Of a stretch of DNA of 64,000 nt, positions 1 through 10,433 are shown one piece after another. Positions within the stretch are counted from its first letter, which is position 1; each line of letters begins with the position of its first letter. Below the pieces are notes generated by a model that was given only the letters and a program-made list of their open reading frames with translations, was not told the origin of the DNA and did no database searches. A program made the translations under genes and the position numbers. Origin of the DNA: an uncultured Oleiharenicola sp. (GTDB taxonomy: Bacteria > Verrucomicrobiota > Verrucomicrobiia > Opitutales > Opitutaceae); contig CAZZDB010000001.1 in assembly GCA_964652485.1 (NCBI GenBank), forward strand, positions 1,898 through 65,897, given 5' to 3'.

Positions 1-217
1 CGGCAACATCCTGCGCGGCCACGCCATGGTGGAGAAGGGCACGCACAACATCGTCGTCTCCACCGACGGCCACCTCGTCGGGTTGATCGGGGTGAGCGAC
101 CTCGTCGTGGTACACACACCGGGTGCAACGCTGGTCTGCCCGAAGGACCGCGCCCAGGAAATCAAGGCGCTGCTGGAGCGCATCAAGCAGGATCCGGAGA
201 AGAGGAAGTTCCTGTAA
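1..217 (+). CDS. Mannose-1-phosphate guanylyltransferase, C-terminal end (partial at window edge)
   Basis: HNIVVSTDGHLVGLIGVSDLVVVHTPGATLVCPKDRAQEIKALL matches the typical ManC/GMP C-terminal tail. Confidence 0.85.
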   Translation, partial: GNILRGHAMVEKGTHNIVVSTDGHLVGLIGVSDLVVVHTPGATLVCPKDRAQEIKALLERIKQDPEKRKFL

Positions 218-220
218 GGC

Positions 221-649
221 ATGCGCTGCCTCGGCATCGACTACGGCACCAAGCGCGTGGGCCTGGCCCACGGTGACGACCTCGGGGTGGCCACGCCTCT
301 GCCGGCGCTGATCGACGCCGATGAGGGCGGGCGGTGGGCCAAGCTCGGGACCACGATCCGTCAGCGTCGTATCACCGACCTCGTGCTCGGCTATCCCTAC
401 AACATGGACGGCTCTGCCGGCTTCAAGGCCAAGGAAGTGGATGCCTTCGCGGACCGACTCAAACGGGAGTTCGGCCTGCCTGTCCACCTGGTCGACGAGA
501 CGCTGACGAGCTACGCGGCGGAATCTACCATCGCCAAGAAATCCCGCCGGGACGTGCGGGACTCCGGCCTGATCGACTCGCGCGCGGCCTGCCTGATCCT
601 GCAGGATTTCCTCGATCAGCGGCTGCCGCCAGCCGCGCCGGCGGAGTGA
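221..649 (+). CDS. ruvX: Holliday junction resolvase RuvX / pre-16S rRNA nuclease YqgF
   Basis: LGIDYGTKRVGLA, VLGYPYNMDGS, VDETLTS and IDSRAACLILQ motifs. Confidence 0.95.
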   Translation: MRCLGIDYGTKRVGLAHGDDLGVATPLPALIDADEGGRWAKLGTTIRQRRITDLVLGYPYNMDGSAGFKAKEVDAFADRLKREFGLPVHLVDETLTSYAAESTIAKKSRRDVRDSGLIDSRAACLILQDFLDQRLPPAAPAE

Positions 650-663
650 CCGGGCGCAGATTC

Positions 664-1326
664 TCAGGCGAGGGTGGGGAGACCGGGCACGGAGGGGAGT
701 TCCGCCAATGAGCCGAGCACGCGGTGGTGGTGCCGGCGCAGTTTCTCCGCCGGGTGGTGGCCCGCCGCGATGAGGACGCAGTCGACACCGAGCTCCCGCG
801 CGACCTCCAGGTCGTGCAGCGTATCGCCGATCAACAGGATTTCCTGCGGTCGCAGGCCAAGCTTCCCCAGCTGGATGCGGCCCAGCGCCGCCTTGCTGTG
901 CGCGTAGATGTTGTCGAGCCCGGCCAGATGGGCGAAGTAGCGCGTGAGCCCGAAATAGCCGACGATCTCCAGCAGCGTCTCGTGCCGGTAGGCCGAAAGA
1001 ATCGACTGGGTAAGACCTGCCGTCTGGACGGCGGCGAGCATGCGGCTCGTGTCGGGCTGCAACGGGCACTCCAGCCGGTGGGCGTCGTAGGCGGTGATGA
1101 ACTCCGCGCTCAAAGCTTCGAAACTGTTCGTGGTCGGATCGAAACCGAGCCGGGCGTAGTAGTCGCGCACCGGGAAATCGAAGACGGCATGATAGCGCGT
1201 GCGGTCGAGTTCCGGCAGGCCGCGCCGGTCGAGGAGCCGGTTCATCACGCCGATGCTGTAGTCGAGGTCGTCAAGCAGCGTGCCATTCCAGTCCCAGATG
1301 ATGTGGCGGTAGGTGTTTTTTTGCAC
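664..1326 (-). CDS. HAD-family hydrolase (phosphoglycolate phosphatase-like)
   Basis: IIWDWNGTLLD motif I; LIGDTLHD motif IV. Confidence 0.9.
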   Translation of the reverse strand: MQKNTYRHIIWDWNGTLLDDLDYSIGVMNRLLDRRGLPELDRTRYHAVFDFPVRDYYARLGFDPTTNSFEALSAEFITAYDAHRLECPLQPDTSRMLAAVQTAGLTQSILSAYRHETLLEIVGYFGLTRYFAHLAGLDNIYAHSKAALGRIQLGKLGLRPQEILLIGDTLHDLEVARELGVDCVLIAAGHHPAEKLRRHHHRVLGSLAELPSVPGLPTLA

Positions 1327-1393
1327 TCAATCCGAGACTGCGGCTGGGCGGGGCTCGGTCTCAATGCTTTTTAATGCAGCCCGCCCATTGTTG

Positions 1394-1460
1394 CCGCGGA
1401 TTACACGGATGGACACGGATGAAGAAGCCATCTATCCGTTGCTGGCTGTGAAATCCGTCG
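1394..1460. repeat. Degenerate palindromic intergenic element built of ~9-10 nt ACACGGAT units
   Basis: CCGCGGATTACACGGATGGACACGGAT, 13-nt spacer, then ATCCGTTGCTGGCTGTGAAATCCGTCG (imperfect reverse complement). Confidence 0.55.
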
Positions 1461-2203
1461 CCCCAACTCCCACCCGCTGGCAATGCGTCTGCGCCTACGA
1501 CGGCAGTCCGTTCAGTGGCTGGCAGAGCCAGGCGAGCAAGGACGCCGTGCAGGATGTGATCGAACGGCGGCTGGAGCAGGTCCTGGGTGAGAAGATCCGG
1601 ACGCACAGCAGCGGCCGCACCGACTCCGGCGTGCATGCGCACGGACAGGTTTTTCATTTTGACGCCCCTTGGAAGCACGGGGCGGACAAACTCCGCGTGG
1701 CGCTCCAAACGGGACTGCCTAGGTCGATCCGGTTGAAAAGCATCCGGGCGGCCCAGGGGGACTTTCATGCGCGTTTCGACGCCCAGGGCAAAGTCTACCG
1801 CTACCACGTCTATCGCGGCGAGGCGGATCCCTTCACCGCGGCGTATTGCTGGTCGGTGAATCGTGAGCTCGACTGGGCGGCGATGGAGGCCGCGGCAAAA
1901 ATCCTGCGCGGCCGGCATGACTTCTGGGCGTTTTCGGGCGAGAACGACCGCACCTATGAGACCACCGTGCGCGACCTGCGGCGGCTCGATATCGCGCGGA
2001 AGGGCCGGAAGGTCACGTTCACCTACGAGGCCGACGGATTTCTCTACAAGATGGTGCGCAGCCTGACCGGTGCGCTGGTCAATGTCGGGCTGGGCAAGCT
2101 CTCGTCGCGGGAGATCGCCGAACTGCTCAAGACCCGGAAGCGCATCCCGGCGGTCCTGACGGCACCACCCCAAGGGCTGTTTCTCGTGAAGGTGATTTAC
2201 TGA
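1448..2203 (+). CDS. truA: tRNA pseudouridine(38-40) synthase TruA (start uncertain: GTG 1448 or ATG 1409)
   Basis: AYDGSPFSGWQ, SGRTDSGVHAHGQ, FHARFDA, GFLYKMVRSLTG, TAPPQGLFL. Confidence 0.95.
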   Translation: MKSVAPTPTRWQCVCAYDGSPFSGWQSQASKDAVQDVIERRLEQVLGEKIRTHSSGRTDSGVHAHGQVFHFDAPWKHGADKLRVALQTGLPRSIRLKSIRAAQGDFHARFDAQGKVYRYHVYRGEADPFTAAYCWSVNRELDWAAMEAAAKILRGRHDFWAFSGENDRTYETTVRDLRRLDIARKGRKVTFTYEADGFLYKMVRSLTGALVNVGLGKLSSREIAELLKTRKRIPAVLTAPPQGLFLVKVIY

Positions 2204-2340
2204 GAACCGTGAATAAAATCCAGCAAAGGATTCGGACCGACCGGCTGGACGTGGTCGGGGCAGGTGGAACCGCTCCCGGGGGCCGGGGCCGGTCGACCGT
2301 CCGTCGGTCCGGGGCGCGCGGAGGCGGGTCGGAGGCCAGA

Positions 2341-3900
2341 CTACTTGGGCTCGGCCACCTTGGTCAGCTTCAGCAGGAGGACCCCGTGGCCGGGAACCGT
2401 GCCAGTGAGCTCATTCTTGCAGTCCGGGAGGTCGGCGTGCTTCCACAGATCTCGCACATGCCGGCGGCCACCCAGACCAAGGGACGGAAGCTTGTTGAAA
2501 AGGAAATCCTCTGCGGTGGATCCGCGATTGAACAAGGCGAGCGCATGTGAGCCGTCCTCGAGCGGCTTGAGAAACACGTCGAGGGCGCCGACCGTGGCGA
2601 CCCGGACCGCCTGCTGCCCCAGGGCATCCTGATCGAGCGCGAGCACCTCATCGTTGGTGAGCACCTCGTAGGCCGTCGCGTCGAGGTGCTCGAGGTCGCA
2701 GCCGATCAGCAACGGCGCGCTGAGCATGCACCAGAGCGTGATATGGCTGATTTGCTCATCCCGGGAAAGGTGCGTCGGGCGCAGCGAAGGCCCCCAGCCG
2801 ACTTCGCCCACCACCAGCATGTCCGGGTCGTTCCAATGCCCCGGCCCGGCGACCGGCGCCCAGCGATCCTGCGAAAAACCGATCTCGGAAACGCCCCAGC
2901 GCCACGACTGGCCGGTTTTCGGAGGCGGGTAGGCCCATTGATCCCCGATGTCGCCGGTCGTCCGCCAGCAATTAGCCACCTGTGCCCATTCCTTGGCCAG
3001 GGCGGGGTCCGCGGAGTTCGAGAGGCTGAACACGATATCGCGCCCGGAGGCGTGCAGCGCCGCGGCCATCTCGGCGGCGTGGGCCACGTCAATCGGAGAC
3101 CAGTCGTATTTCAAGTAGTCAAAGCCCCATTGCGCCCACTGGTTCGCATCGGCCGTGGCGAAGGATACGGCACCGTGACGGTGTCCGGCTTGGTGCGGTT
3201 TCGTGCGGCTCCAGGTGCCGCTCTGGTCGGCGGTGGAGCCACCGGCGAACCCCGCGTATGAAGTCAGCCAAGGGGTCGAATATATGCCCATCTTCAGGCC
3301 AAGGCCATGGACCGTGTCGCAGAGCTGCTTCATGTCGGGAAATTTTTCGTTGCCCTGCAGAGCGGCACCGGCGCGCGGGCCCTGCCAGCCGTCGTCGATG
3401 TTGATAAACGTCCAGCCGTGCTGAGCGAGGCCCGACGTGACCATGGCGCGGGCGGACCGCAGGACCTTCTCCTGGCTGACGCTCTCCGCCCAGCAGTTCC
3501 AGCTGTTCCAGCCCATGGGAGGGGTCAGGCAGATCTGCTCACCGCATTTGATGACGAACTTCTTCGTCGCTGACCCTTGCGCGTTGGTGACGTGTAATAC
3601 CACGGGGTATTCGCCGGCGGCCGCCAGTTTGCCCTGGATCAGGCCGGAGGCGGAATCGAGCGACAGCCCGCCAGGCAGGTCGTCGATGGCAAAGGTCACG
3701 GGACGGCTGCCGGTCGCCGGGATCGAGTAGAGAAACGGGCTGCCGGGCCGCACGCCAAAGACCGAAGGCCCGTTGATGTGCAACGGTGCGGCAATCGACT
3801 CAGGGGCCGCGGCGGCCGCGGCGCCGGCGGGCTCGGCCGCACCCAGAGCGGTGCCGGTGATGATCGACGCGATGATCGTGAAGAGACGGAGGGATGACAT
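2341..3900 (-). CDS. GH27 alpha-galactosidase-like protein with N-terminal Ig-like domain, secreted
   Basis: LTPPMGWNSWN, INIDDGWQG, FDYLKYDW, WNDPDMLVVG; signal peptide from ATG 3900. Confidence 0.92.
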   Translation of the reverse strand: MSSLRLFTIIASIITGTALGAAEPAGAAAAAAPESIAAPLHINGPSVFGVRPGSPFLYSIPATGSRPVTFAIDDLPGGLSLDSASGLIQGKLAAAGEYPVVLHVTNAQGSATKKFVIKCGEQICLTPPMGWNSWNCWAESVSQEKVLRSARAMVTSGLAQHGWTFINIDDGWQGPRAGAALQGNEKFPDMKQLCDTVHGLGLKMGIYSTPWLTSYAGFAGGSTADQSGTWSRTKPHQAGHRHGAVSFATADANQWAQWGFDYLKYDWSPIDVAHAAEMAAALHASGRDIVFSLSNSADPALAKEWAQVANCWRTTGDIGDQWAYPPPKTGQSWRWGVSEIGFSQDRWAPVAGPGHWNDPDMLVVGEVGWGPSLRPTHLSRDEQISHITLWCMLSAPLLIGCDLEHLDATAYEVLTNDEVLALDQDALGQQAVRVATVGALDVFLKPLEDGSHALALFNRGSTAEDFLFNKLPSLGLGGRRHVRDLWKHADLPDCKNELTGTVPGHGVLLLKLTKVAEPK

Positions 3901-4006
3901 GGGAGTGGTCCTAAGATGCAGTTTATTCGGTCGCGGCGCGAGCCCCAACCGCCCGCCCCGTGGCAGGGGAAGGGGCCGGGATCGCTGGTGTCACATGGCT
4001 GGCGGT

Positions 4007-4969
<963 letters not shown>

Positions 4970-6097
4970 TCACTTGAAATAGAGCTGCAGCGTCTCGGTG
5001 AGATAGTGCCGGGCGTTCATCCACGTGTGGCCGCCTTCGGTGATGAGCGTCTGGTGCGCGAGCTTTCTTTCCTTGAGGAGATCCATGAACGCGGTGGCCT
5101 GCGGATAAAGGAAGTCCGCCTGGCCGACGCCGAGCCACAGCAGCTTGAGCTGCCGGTTGGTGGCGTCGGGCTGGGCCGAGGTGCCGGGGAAGTATTTGTC
5201 GAAGACCTCCGGCGTCAGGTAGGCGCTGTAGGAGCCAATCCAGGCGAACTTGTCGAGGTTGGCGAATCCGGCGAACAGCGACTGTCCGCCGCCGCGGGAG
5301 AATCCGGCGATCGCGTGCTGCTCGCGGTCCGGAAGTACGCGGTAGTTCGCCTCGACGTAAGGCATGATGTTGCCGACCAGTTCGTCGCTGAAGACCTTAT
5401 ACATGCCGGCGGCCTGGATCGACGTGGGCGGCGGCGTGCCCATCATCATGTTGCCGTAGGGCAGGACGATGATCATCGGCACCGCTTTCTTCTGCGCGAT
5501 GAGGTTGTCGAGGATGAAGTTGGCCCGGCCGACCTTGAACCAAGTCTCCTCGGTGTCAGTCGTGCCGCTGACCAGGTAGAGCACGGGATATCTGCCGGTG
5601 CCCGCGCGGTAGCCCGGCGGCGTGTAGACGATCAGCGGGCGCGTGCGCCCGAGCGTCTTCGACTGGTAGTAGCCATAGGTCAGCTCGCCGTGCGGGACGT
5701 CCTGCACGGAGTAGATCGCCGGCTGGTCGCCGGGAACGTCCACGAGGCTCGCCTTGAAGCGTTCGTTCGGGAACAGGTCCTCGTTGGCCGGGTCGGCGAC
5801 GCCGACGCCTTCCACCACGAAATTGTAGGGATAGAGGTTGGGCTCGACCGGGCCCACCGTGACGCTCCAGACCCCGGCCGCGTCCTTTTGGAGAGGCTGG
5901 CTGCCCTTGAGGAACTGGCCGCTCAACTCGACCTTCTGCGCGTCCGGGGCCCGGAAACTGAAGGTGACCGTGCGGTCGGGGTGCACCACCGGCGATTCGA
6001 TGGGCGGAGGGCGCGGGCCTGTCGGCTGGGCGCTGACAGTCTGGGCGAGGCCCAGCAGGGTGAGAAGGAGGGCGCAGGCTCGGGGGGATGTTCTCAT
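4970..6097 (-). CDS. CE1-like esterase with N-terminal E-set/CBM48-like domain
   Basis: VTFSFRAPDAQKV...YPYNFVVEGVGVADP; YTPPGY; AGFSRGG; GGHTW. Confidence 0.88.
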   Translation of the reverse strand: MRTSPRACALLLTLLGLAQTVSAQPTGPRPPPIESPVVHPDRTVTFSFRAPDAQKVELSGQFLKGSQPLQKDAAGVWSVTVGPVEPNLYPYNFVVEGVGVADPANEDLFPNERFKASLVDVPGDQPAIYSVQDVPHGELTYGYYQSKTLGRTRPLIVYTPPGYRAGTGRYPVLYLVSGTTDTEETWFKVGRANFILDNLIAQKKAVPMIIVLPYGNMMMGTPPPTSIQAAGMYKVFSDELVGNIMPYVEANYRVLPDREQHAIAGFSRGGGQSLFAGFANLDKFAWIGSYSAYLTPEVFDKYFPGTSAQPDATNRQLKLLWLGVGQADFLYPQATAFMDLLKERKLAHQTLITEGGHTWMNARHYLTETLQLYFK

Positions 6098-6126
6098 GGG
6101 AGGGGGAAGTGGGATCCAGGAGCGGA

Positions 6127-7266
6127 TCACTTGGGGTCGAGCGGTACATGCCAGTGCGCCGCGACCGCCTTAAGCTCGTCCAGGGTGAGGTAGGAGACGG
6201 CGCCGTGCTTGGGGCGCGCGAAGTTAGTCCCGCGCATCACGCCCTCGTTGAAATGGCCGAGATCGCGATAGGTGGTGAAGTCCGTGGTCTCGCTGAACCC
6301 CATGTTGTTGGGCCGGGCGCCATACACGTCATACATGAGCACGTACGTGTCAGTCCCCAGGCGCCGGAAGAGATTGGGTGCCTCGGTCGGCTTCGTCTCC
6401 GGATCAATCCGGCGCCCCTCGGCCACGTAACCATCCTTGAGGTGGTCGGAAACGGCATGCAGGATCTTGGCGCCGCCCACATAGAATAGGTGCCATTTGC
6501 CGCCCACCTGCGTGAGGTCGCCGTCGATGCCGCCGATGTTGGGGATCATCTGCGGGGTCGTCTCGAGCTTGGTGAAGGCCTGGTTCGCGTAGGCAAGGTA
6601 GATATTGGCGTTCTTGTTCCCATAGCGGATCGTGAAATACACCATCATCTTGCCAGCCACGGGATCGTAGGTCGTCTCCGGCGCCCACGAACAGTCGATA
6701 TCACCGAGTTCGGGGAAGGCCAGATCGACGCGGAAGTCCGCATGGGTCCAGTGAATGAGGTCCCACGACTTCATTAGCACGAGGGCGCGATTGTTGCCCC
6801 AGCCGTATATCTCTTCGGGGCGCTGCCAGCGGGTGGTGCGATACCCGGTCCGGTCGCCGAAGATGTGCAGGTCGGTCATCGCCAGATAAAAGGCGCCGTC
6901 GGGTCCCCGGGCGAGGTGCGGGTCGCGCACCCCCTTCTGCTCGGCGAGAAGTTCGCCGTCGAAGACCGGTTCGCCACCATTCACGTCCGTGAAGGTGTAG
7001 CCATCCCGGCTGATGGCCAGGTAGGCGGAGTGTGTCTGGTCCTTGAAATAGACCATCACGTAGCCCGCCAGATCCTTCTCCTGAAAAGGGCGCGGGGGGA
7101 GCCCGAGCTGGTCCACGAGCTCGATGCCCGTGGGCCTTTTCTCGAGGCGGGGTGGCTCGCCCGGGACGGGCGGCCCGGGCGCGGCTTCACCGGCCAGCCC
7201 AAGGCACGCGCGGCTGAGCAGCAGCGCGGCACCGAGCAGGCATACGCAGCGGGAGATCGGCTTCAC
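6127..7266 (-). CDS. GH43 glycoside hydrolase (arabinosidase/xylosidase-like beta-propeller)
   Basis: GVRDPHLARGPDG, LMKSWDLIHW, CSWAPE, IDGD, TEAP, PKHGAV. Confidence 0.85.
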   Translation of the reverse strand: MKPISRCVCLLGAALLLSRACLGLAGEAAPGPPVPGEPPRLEKRPTGIELVDQLGLPPRPFQEKDLAGYVMVYFKDQTHSAYLAISRDGYTFTDVNGGEPVFDGELLAEQKGVRDPHLARGPDGAFYLAMTDLHIFGDRTGYRTTRWQRPEEIYGWGNNRALVLMKSWDLIHWTHADFRVDLAFPELGDIDCSWAPETTYDPVAGKMMVYFTIRYGNKNANIYLAYANQAFTKLETTPQMIPNIGGIDGDLTQVGGKWHLFYVGGAKILHAVSDHLKDGYVAEGRRIDPETKPTEAPNLFRRLGTDTYVLMYDVYGARPNNMGFSETTDFTTYRDLGHFNEGVMRGTNFARPKHGAVSYLTLDELKAVAAHWHVPLDPK

Positions 7267-7274
7267 GGGCGGCG

Positions 7275-8087
7275 TTACTTTGCCACCGGGGCGGCCGGCT
7301 TCTCCGCGATCGGCTTGTTCTGGTCGCCGACCGCCTCCTCCATGAGCGTCGCCAGGCCCCGGGGATTTTCCTGCTGGGCCACGTGGTGGCCGGTGAAAGT
7401 GCGGATCGTCCAGCCGCGGGCCTCGGCGCGCTGCCAGCTCTTGTCCGTCGCCGCCCGCTCCTTGGCCGACTTGTCAGCCGGGACGAAGGCGACGTAGGTC
7501 ACCGGCAGCGCCTTGGCCAGGGGATTCTTGTACGAGACCGGCTGGTTGAAGCACTTGATCGACTGCTTCACGTTGAACGGCGGCTTGGCGTCGGGCTTGA
7601 CCCAGGGCACTTGCATGAAGCCGTCCGCGAAGCGCGAGGTGTCCTTCGGAGCGCCGCCGAAGAGGTCCCAGATCGACATGCCGTCATCCGGGACCGCGGC
7701 ATCGAGGAAGATGACGTGGCGGATGCGGTCGGGCACCCGGTCCATTACACCGGTGATTACCATGCCGCCGTAGCTGTGACCCGTGAGAACCACGTCATGC
7801 AGGTCCTCAAACAAGATAAGGTTCACGACGTCGTTGATGTGGGTTTGCAGGTCGATGTCCGCGCTGTTGAGGTGCATGCGCTCGCCCAGACCGGTGAGCG
7901 TGGCGCGGTAGACGGTGTGGCCGTCGTCGGACAGAAACTTGCCGGCCTTCTTCCATTCCCAGCCACCGGCGGTGGCGCCATGGACGATGACGTAGGTGTA
8001 TTTTTCCGCGCTCTGGTCGGCGCGGGCGCCGGCGGCGGCGCAGAGGGCGAGGGCTATCGGCAGGAGGAAACGGTGGAGGATTTTCAT
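7275..8087 (-). CDS. Secreted alpha/beta hydrolase (methylesterase/salicylate-esterase-like)
   Basis: VIVHGATAGGWEW, TLTGLGER, GHSYGGMVI, IFLDAAVP; signal peptide. Confidence 0.85.
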   Translation of the reverse strand: MKILHRFLLPIALALCAAAGARADQSAEKYTYVIVHGATAGGWEWKKAGKFLSDDGHTVYRATLTGLGERMHLNSADIDLQTHINDVVNLILFEDLHDVVLTGHSYGGMVITGVMDRVPDRIRHVIFLDAAVPDDGMSIWDLFGGAPKDTSRFADGFMQVPWVKPDAKPPFNVKQSIKCFNQPVSYKNPLAKALPVTYVAFVPADKSAKERAATDKSWQRAEARGWTIRTFTGHHVAQQENPRGLATLMEEAVGDQNKPIAEKPAAPVAK

Positions 8088-8140
8088 GTGAGGTTGGTTT
8101 TGGGACGGGATGCGGGGTTGGGGAAAATGGGCGGGCCGGC

Positions 8141-9127
8141 TCAGTGGTCCGCGGGGAACATGATTTGCGCGGTCTGATACAGGTAGCGGCGCCAGTTCAA
8201 CCACTCGTGGCCGAGGGAACTGAGCACCGAGAAGGTGCGGATACCGTGCTCGTTGAAGACGGCGAGGGTCTTCAGGCTGTTGAGATACGCGATGTCGGTC
8301 TCGCCGACGCCGAAGTAGACCGGCATGCGGAGGCGCTCGTTGACGTCCGGCTGGCTCAGCAACGGCTCGATGTTCTCCTTGAAGGCGGCGAGCGCGGCCG
8401 GCCAGTAGCCGGAGCTGAACACATAGAGTTCGCCGAAGGTCTCGAGGTGGGTCAGGCCGGTGTTGAGCGTCACGAACCCGCCCATCGAGAGGCCGGCCAC
8501 GGCGCGGCTCTCGCGGTCGGGGCGGGTGCGATAGTGGCCGTCGATGAAAGGCAGTATGTCGTGCAGGTATTCGCGCGTGCAGGCGTCATCCTCGCCCGGC
8601 TTCGGCGGAGTGCCGGACACCAGGCCGCTGGTGTTGGGCATGACAACGATCATCGGACGCGCCTTTCCCGCGGCGATGAGATTGTCGAGAATCAGATGCA
8701 CGAAGCCGCCCGAACGCGGATTGGTCGCGCTCCAGTGGCTGTCGTTTTCGCCACCGCCGTGGTTGAGGTAGAGCACGGGGTAGCGCTGGTCGCCGCTGGC
8801 GCCGTAACCCGGCGGCAGGTAGACGTGCATCTGTTTCTCCGCGCCGGCGGAAGTCTTGTAGTGGACGACCTCCACCGTGCCGTGGGGGACATCGCGGTTG
8901 GCGTAAAACGACGTGTCGTCGGACGCCGGCAGGGCCGGCAGGACTGGTACCGGGTGGGCGGGCGGCGGGGCCAGGTAGGCCCCGTTCGGGCCGATCCGCG
9001 GTTTGCCGACCGGAGCCGGGGGCTCGGCGAATACTGGGGCGGGGCCGGCGAGAGCGGCAACGGCAAGCAGCAGGCTGAGAGCGAGTCCGCGGCTGGCGCG
9101 CAGGGAGCGAGGACGAGAATCGTTCAT
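8141..9127 (-). CDS. CE1-like esterase
   Basis: [35 protein letters not shown]. Confidence 0.88.
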   Translation of the reverse strand: MNDSRPRSLRASRGLALSLLLAVAALAGPAPVFAEPPAPVGKPRIGPNGAYLAPPPAHPVPVLPALPASDDTSFYANRDVPHGTVEVVHYKTSAGAEKQMHVYLPPGYGASGDQRYPVLYLNHGGGENDSHWSATNPRSGGFVHLILDNLIAAGKARPMIVVMPNTSGLVSGTPPKPGEDDACTREYLHDILPFIDGHYRTRPDRESRAVAGLSMGGFVTLNTGLTHLETFGELYVFSSGYWPAALAAFKENIEPLLSQPDVNERLRMPVYFGVGETDIAYLNSLKTLAVFNEHGIRTFSVLSSLGHEWLNWRRYLYQTAQIMFPADH

Positions 9128-10335
9128 GGGAATAGCCGAGTGACCAGTTCGCGGAGGTTGCGACGTTCGGTGAGCCATTCGTGGCCCGTGCCTTCGGACT
9201 GGTAGTAGACATGGTCGATATGGAACTGCGTCAGGCTGTCGTGATAGCCGTGCACGCTCTCGATCATGCGGGCGGGCTCGGCGGTGCCGTGCCCGATGAA
9301 GACGAGCTTCATCCGGGCGTTGAAGGCCGCGGCGTCCGCGAAGACACCGTCGAAGTAGGTGGCTGGATCGATGGCGCCGCCACCGAAGCTGCCGGTGCCA
9401 CTGAGCCCGCCGATGGAGGCAAAGGTATCGAGATGGCGAAGGCCAATCATGAACGCCTGCATGCCGCCCATGGAAAAACCCGCGATGGCGCGGTGCTCGC
9501 GGTCGGTCTTGGTCCGGTAGGCCGCGTCAATCTGCGGGACAAGGTCCTTGAGCACGACGTCCTCAAAGGCGCCGAACCGTTGGAGCAACCGGGCCGGGAA
9601 GGCGGCGGGCGGCGGTTGGCCGGGGGCGGTGGCGGGGGGCGGGCCGAAGGGAACCTCGGCTTCACCAGGCCGCAGGGCATAACCCTGGTCCATGACCACG
9701 AGCATCGGTTTCGCTTTTCCGGCGGCAATGAGGTTGTCCAAAATCTGGCTCACGCGACCTTGGATGACCCAGGCGCGTTCATCTTCGCCGCCACCGTGCT
9801 GTAAATAGAGCACAGGGTAGCGGGTGTCGCGGTCCTGATCGTACCCCGGCGGCGTGTAGATGAACAGCCGCCGCCCCGCACCGGTCACGCTCGAGTGATA
9901 CCAGCGCTCGCGCACGTCGCCGTGCGGTACATCCTGCAGGTTGTAGTAGTCGCCGTCATGACCGGGCTCGGGAATCTCGATGCCGCTCGTCTGCTTGCCG
10001 GTGCCATAGAAGGTCTCGCTGGCGGGATCGTTGACCCGCACGTCGTCGACGATGAGCCAGTAATAATGGAATCCGGGCACCTGCGGGTCGGTGGTGGCGG
10101 TCCAGTCGCCGTCGGCATCGCGCGCGGCGGGGTAGGCCTTGTCGGTCTGGAACTTCACGCTCTGGGCCTGCGGAGCCTTGACGTGAAACACGACGCGGTT
10201 GTCGGGGAGAATCCGCGGGTAGTCGATGGCACGGATGTTGGTGCTGGCGGGGATGCCGGGCAGCGCCACATCGGCGGCGAAGCCGCGGGTGAGCAGGAGG
10301 CCAAGCAGGGCAGGAAGGACGAGGCGGGATTTCAT
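9124..10335 (-). CDS. CE1-like esterase with N-terminal E-set/CBM48-like domain
   Basis: VPGFHYYWLIVD, DVPHGDVR, YLQHGGGEDE, AGFSMGG, TGHEWLT. Confidence 0.88.
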   Translation of the reverse strand: MKSRLVLPALLGLLLTRGFAADVALPGIPASTNIRAIDYPRILPDNRVVFHVKAPQAQSVKFQTDKAYPAARDADGDWTATTDPQVPGFHYYWLIVDDVRVNDPASETFYGTGKQTSGIEIPEPGHDGDYYNLQDVPHGDVRERWYHSSVTGAGRRLFIYTPPGYDQDRDTRYPVLYLQHGGGEDERAWVIQGRVSQILDNLIAAGKAKPMLVVMDQGYALRPGEAEVPFGPPPATAPGQPPPAAFPARLLQRFGAFEDVVLKDLVPQIDAAYRTKTDREHRAIAGFSMGGMQAFMIGLRHLDTFASIGGLSGTGSFGGGAIDPATYFDGVFADAAAFNARMKLVFIGHGTAEPARMIESVHGYHDSLTQFHIDHVYYQSEGTGHEWLTERRNLRELVTRLFP

Positions 10336-10433
10336 GTTTCGGGATTGAAGGGCAGCGGGCGGGTCAGGGTATGACGGGAGCAGGAGGGCTCGGACGGATC
10401 GGGGTGCGAGTGTCATTTTTCCGGGATGACTCG

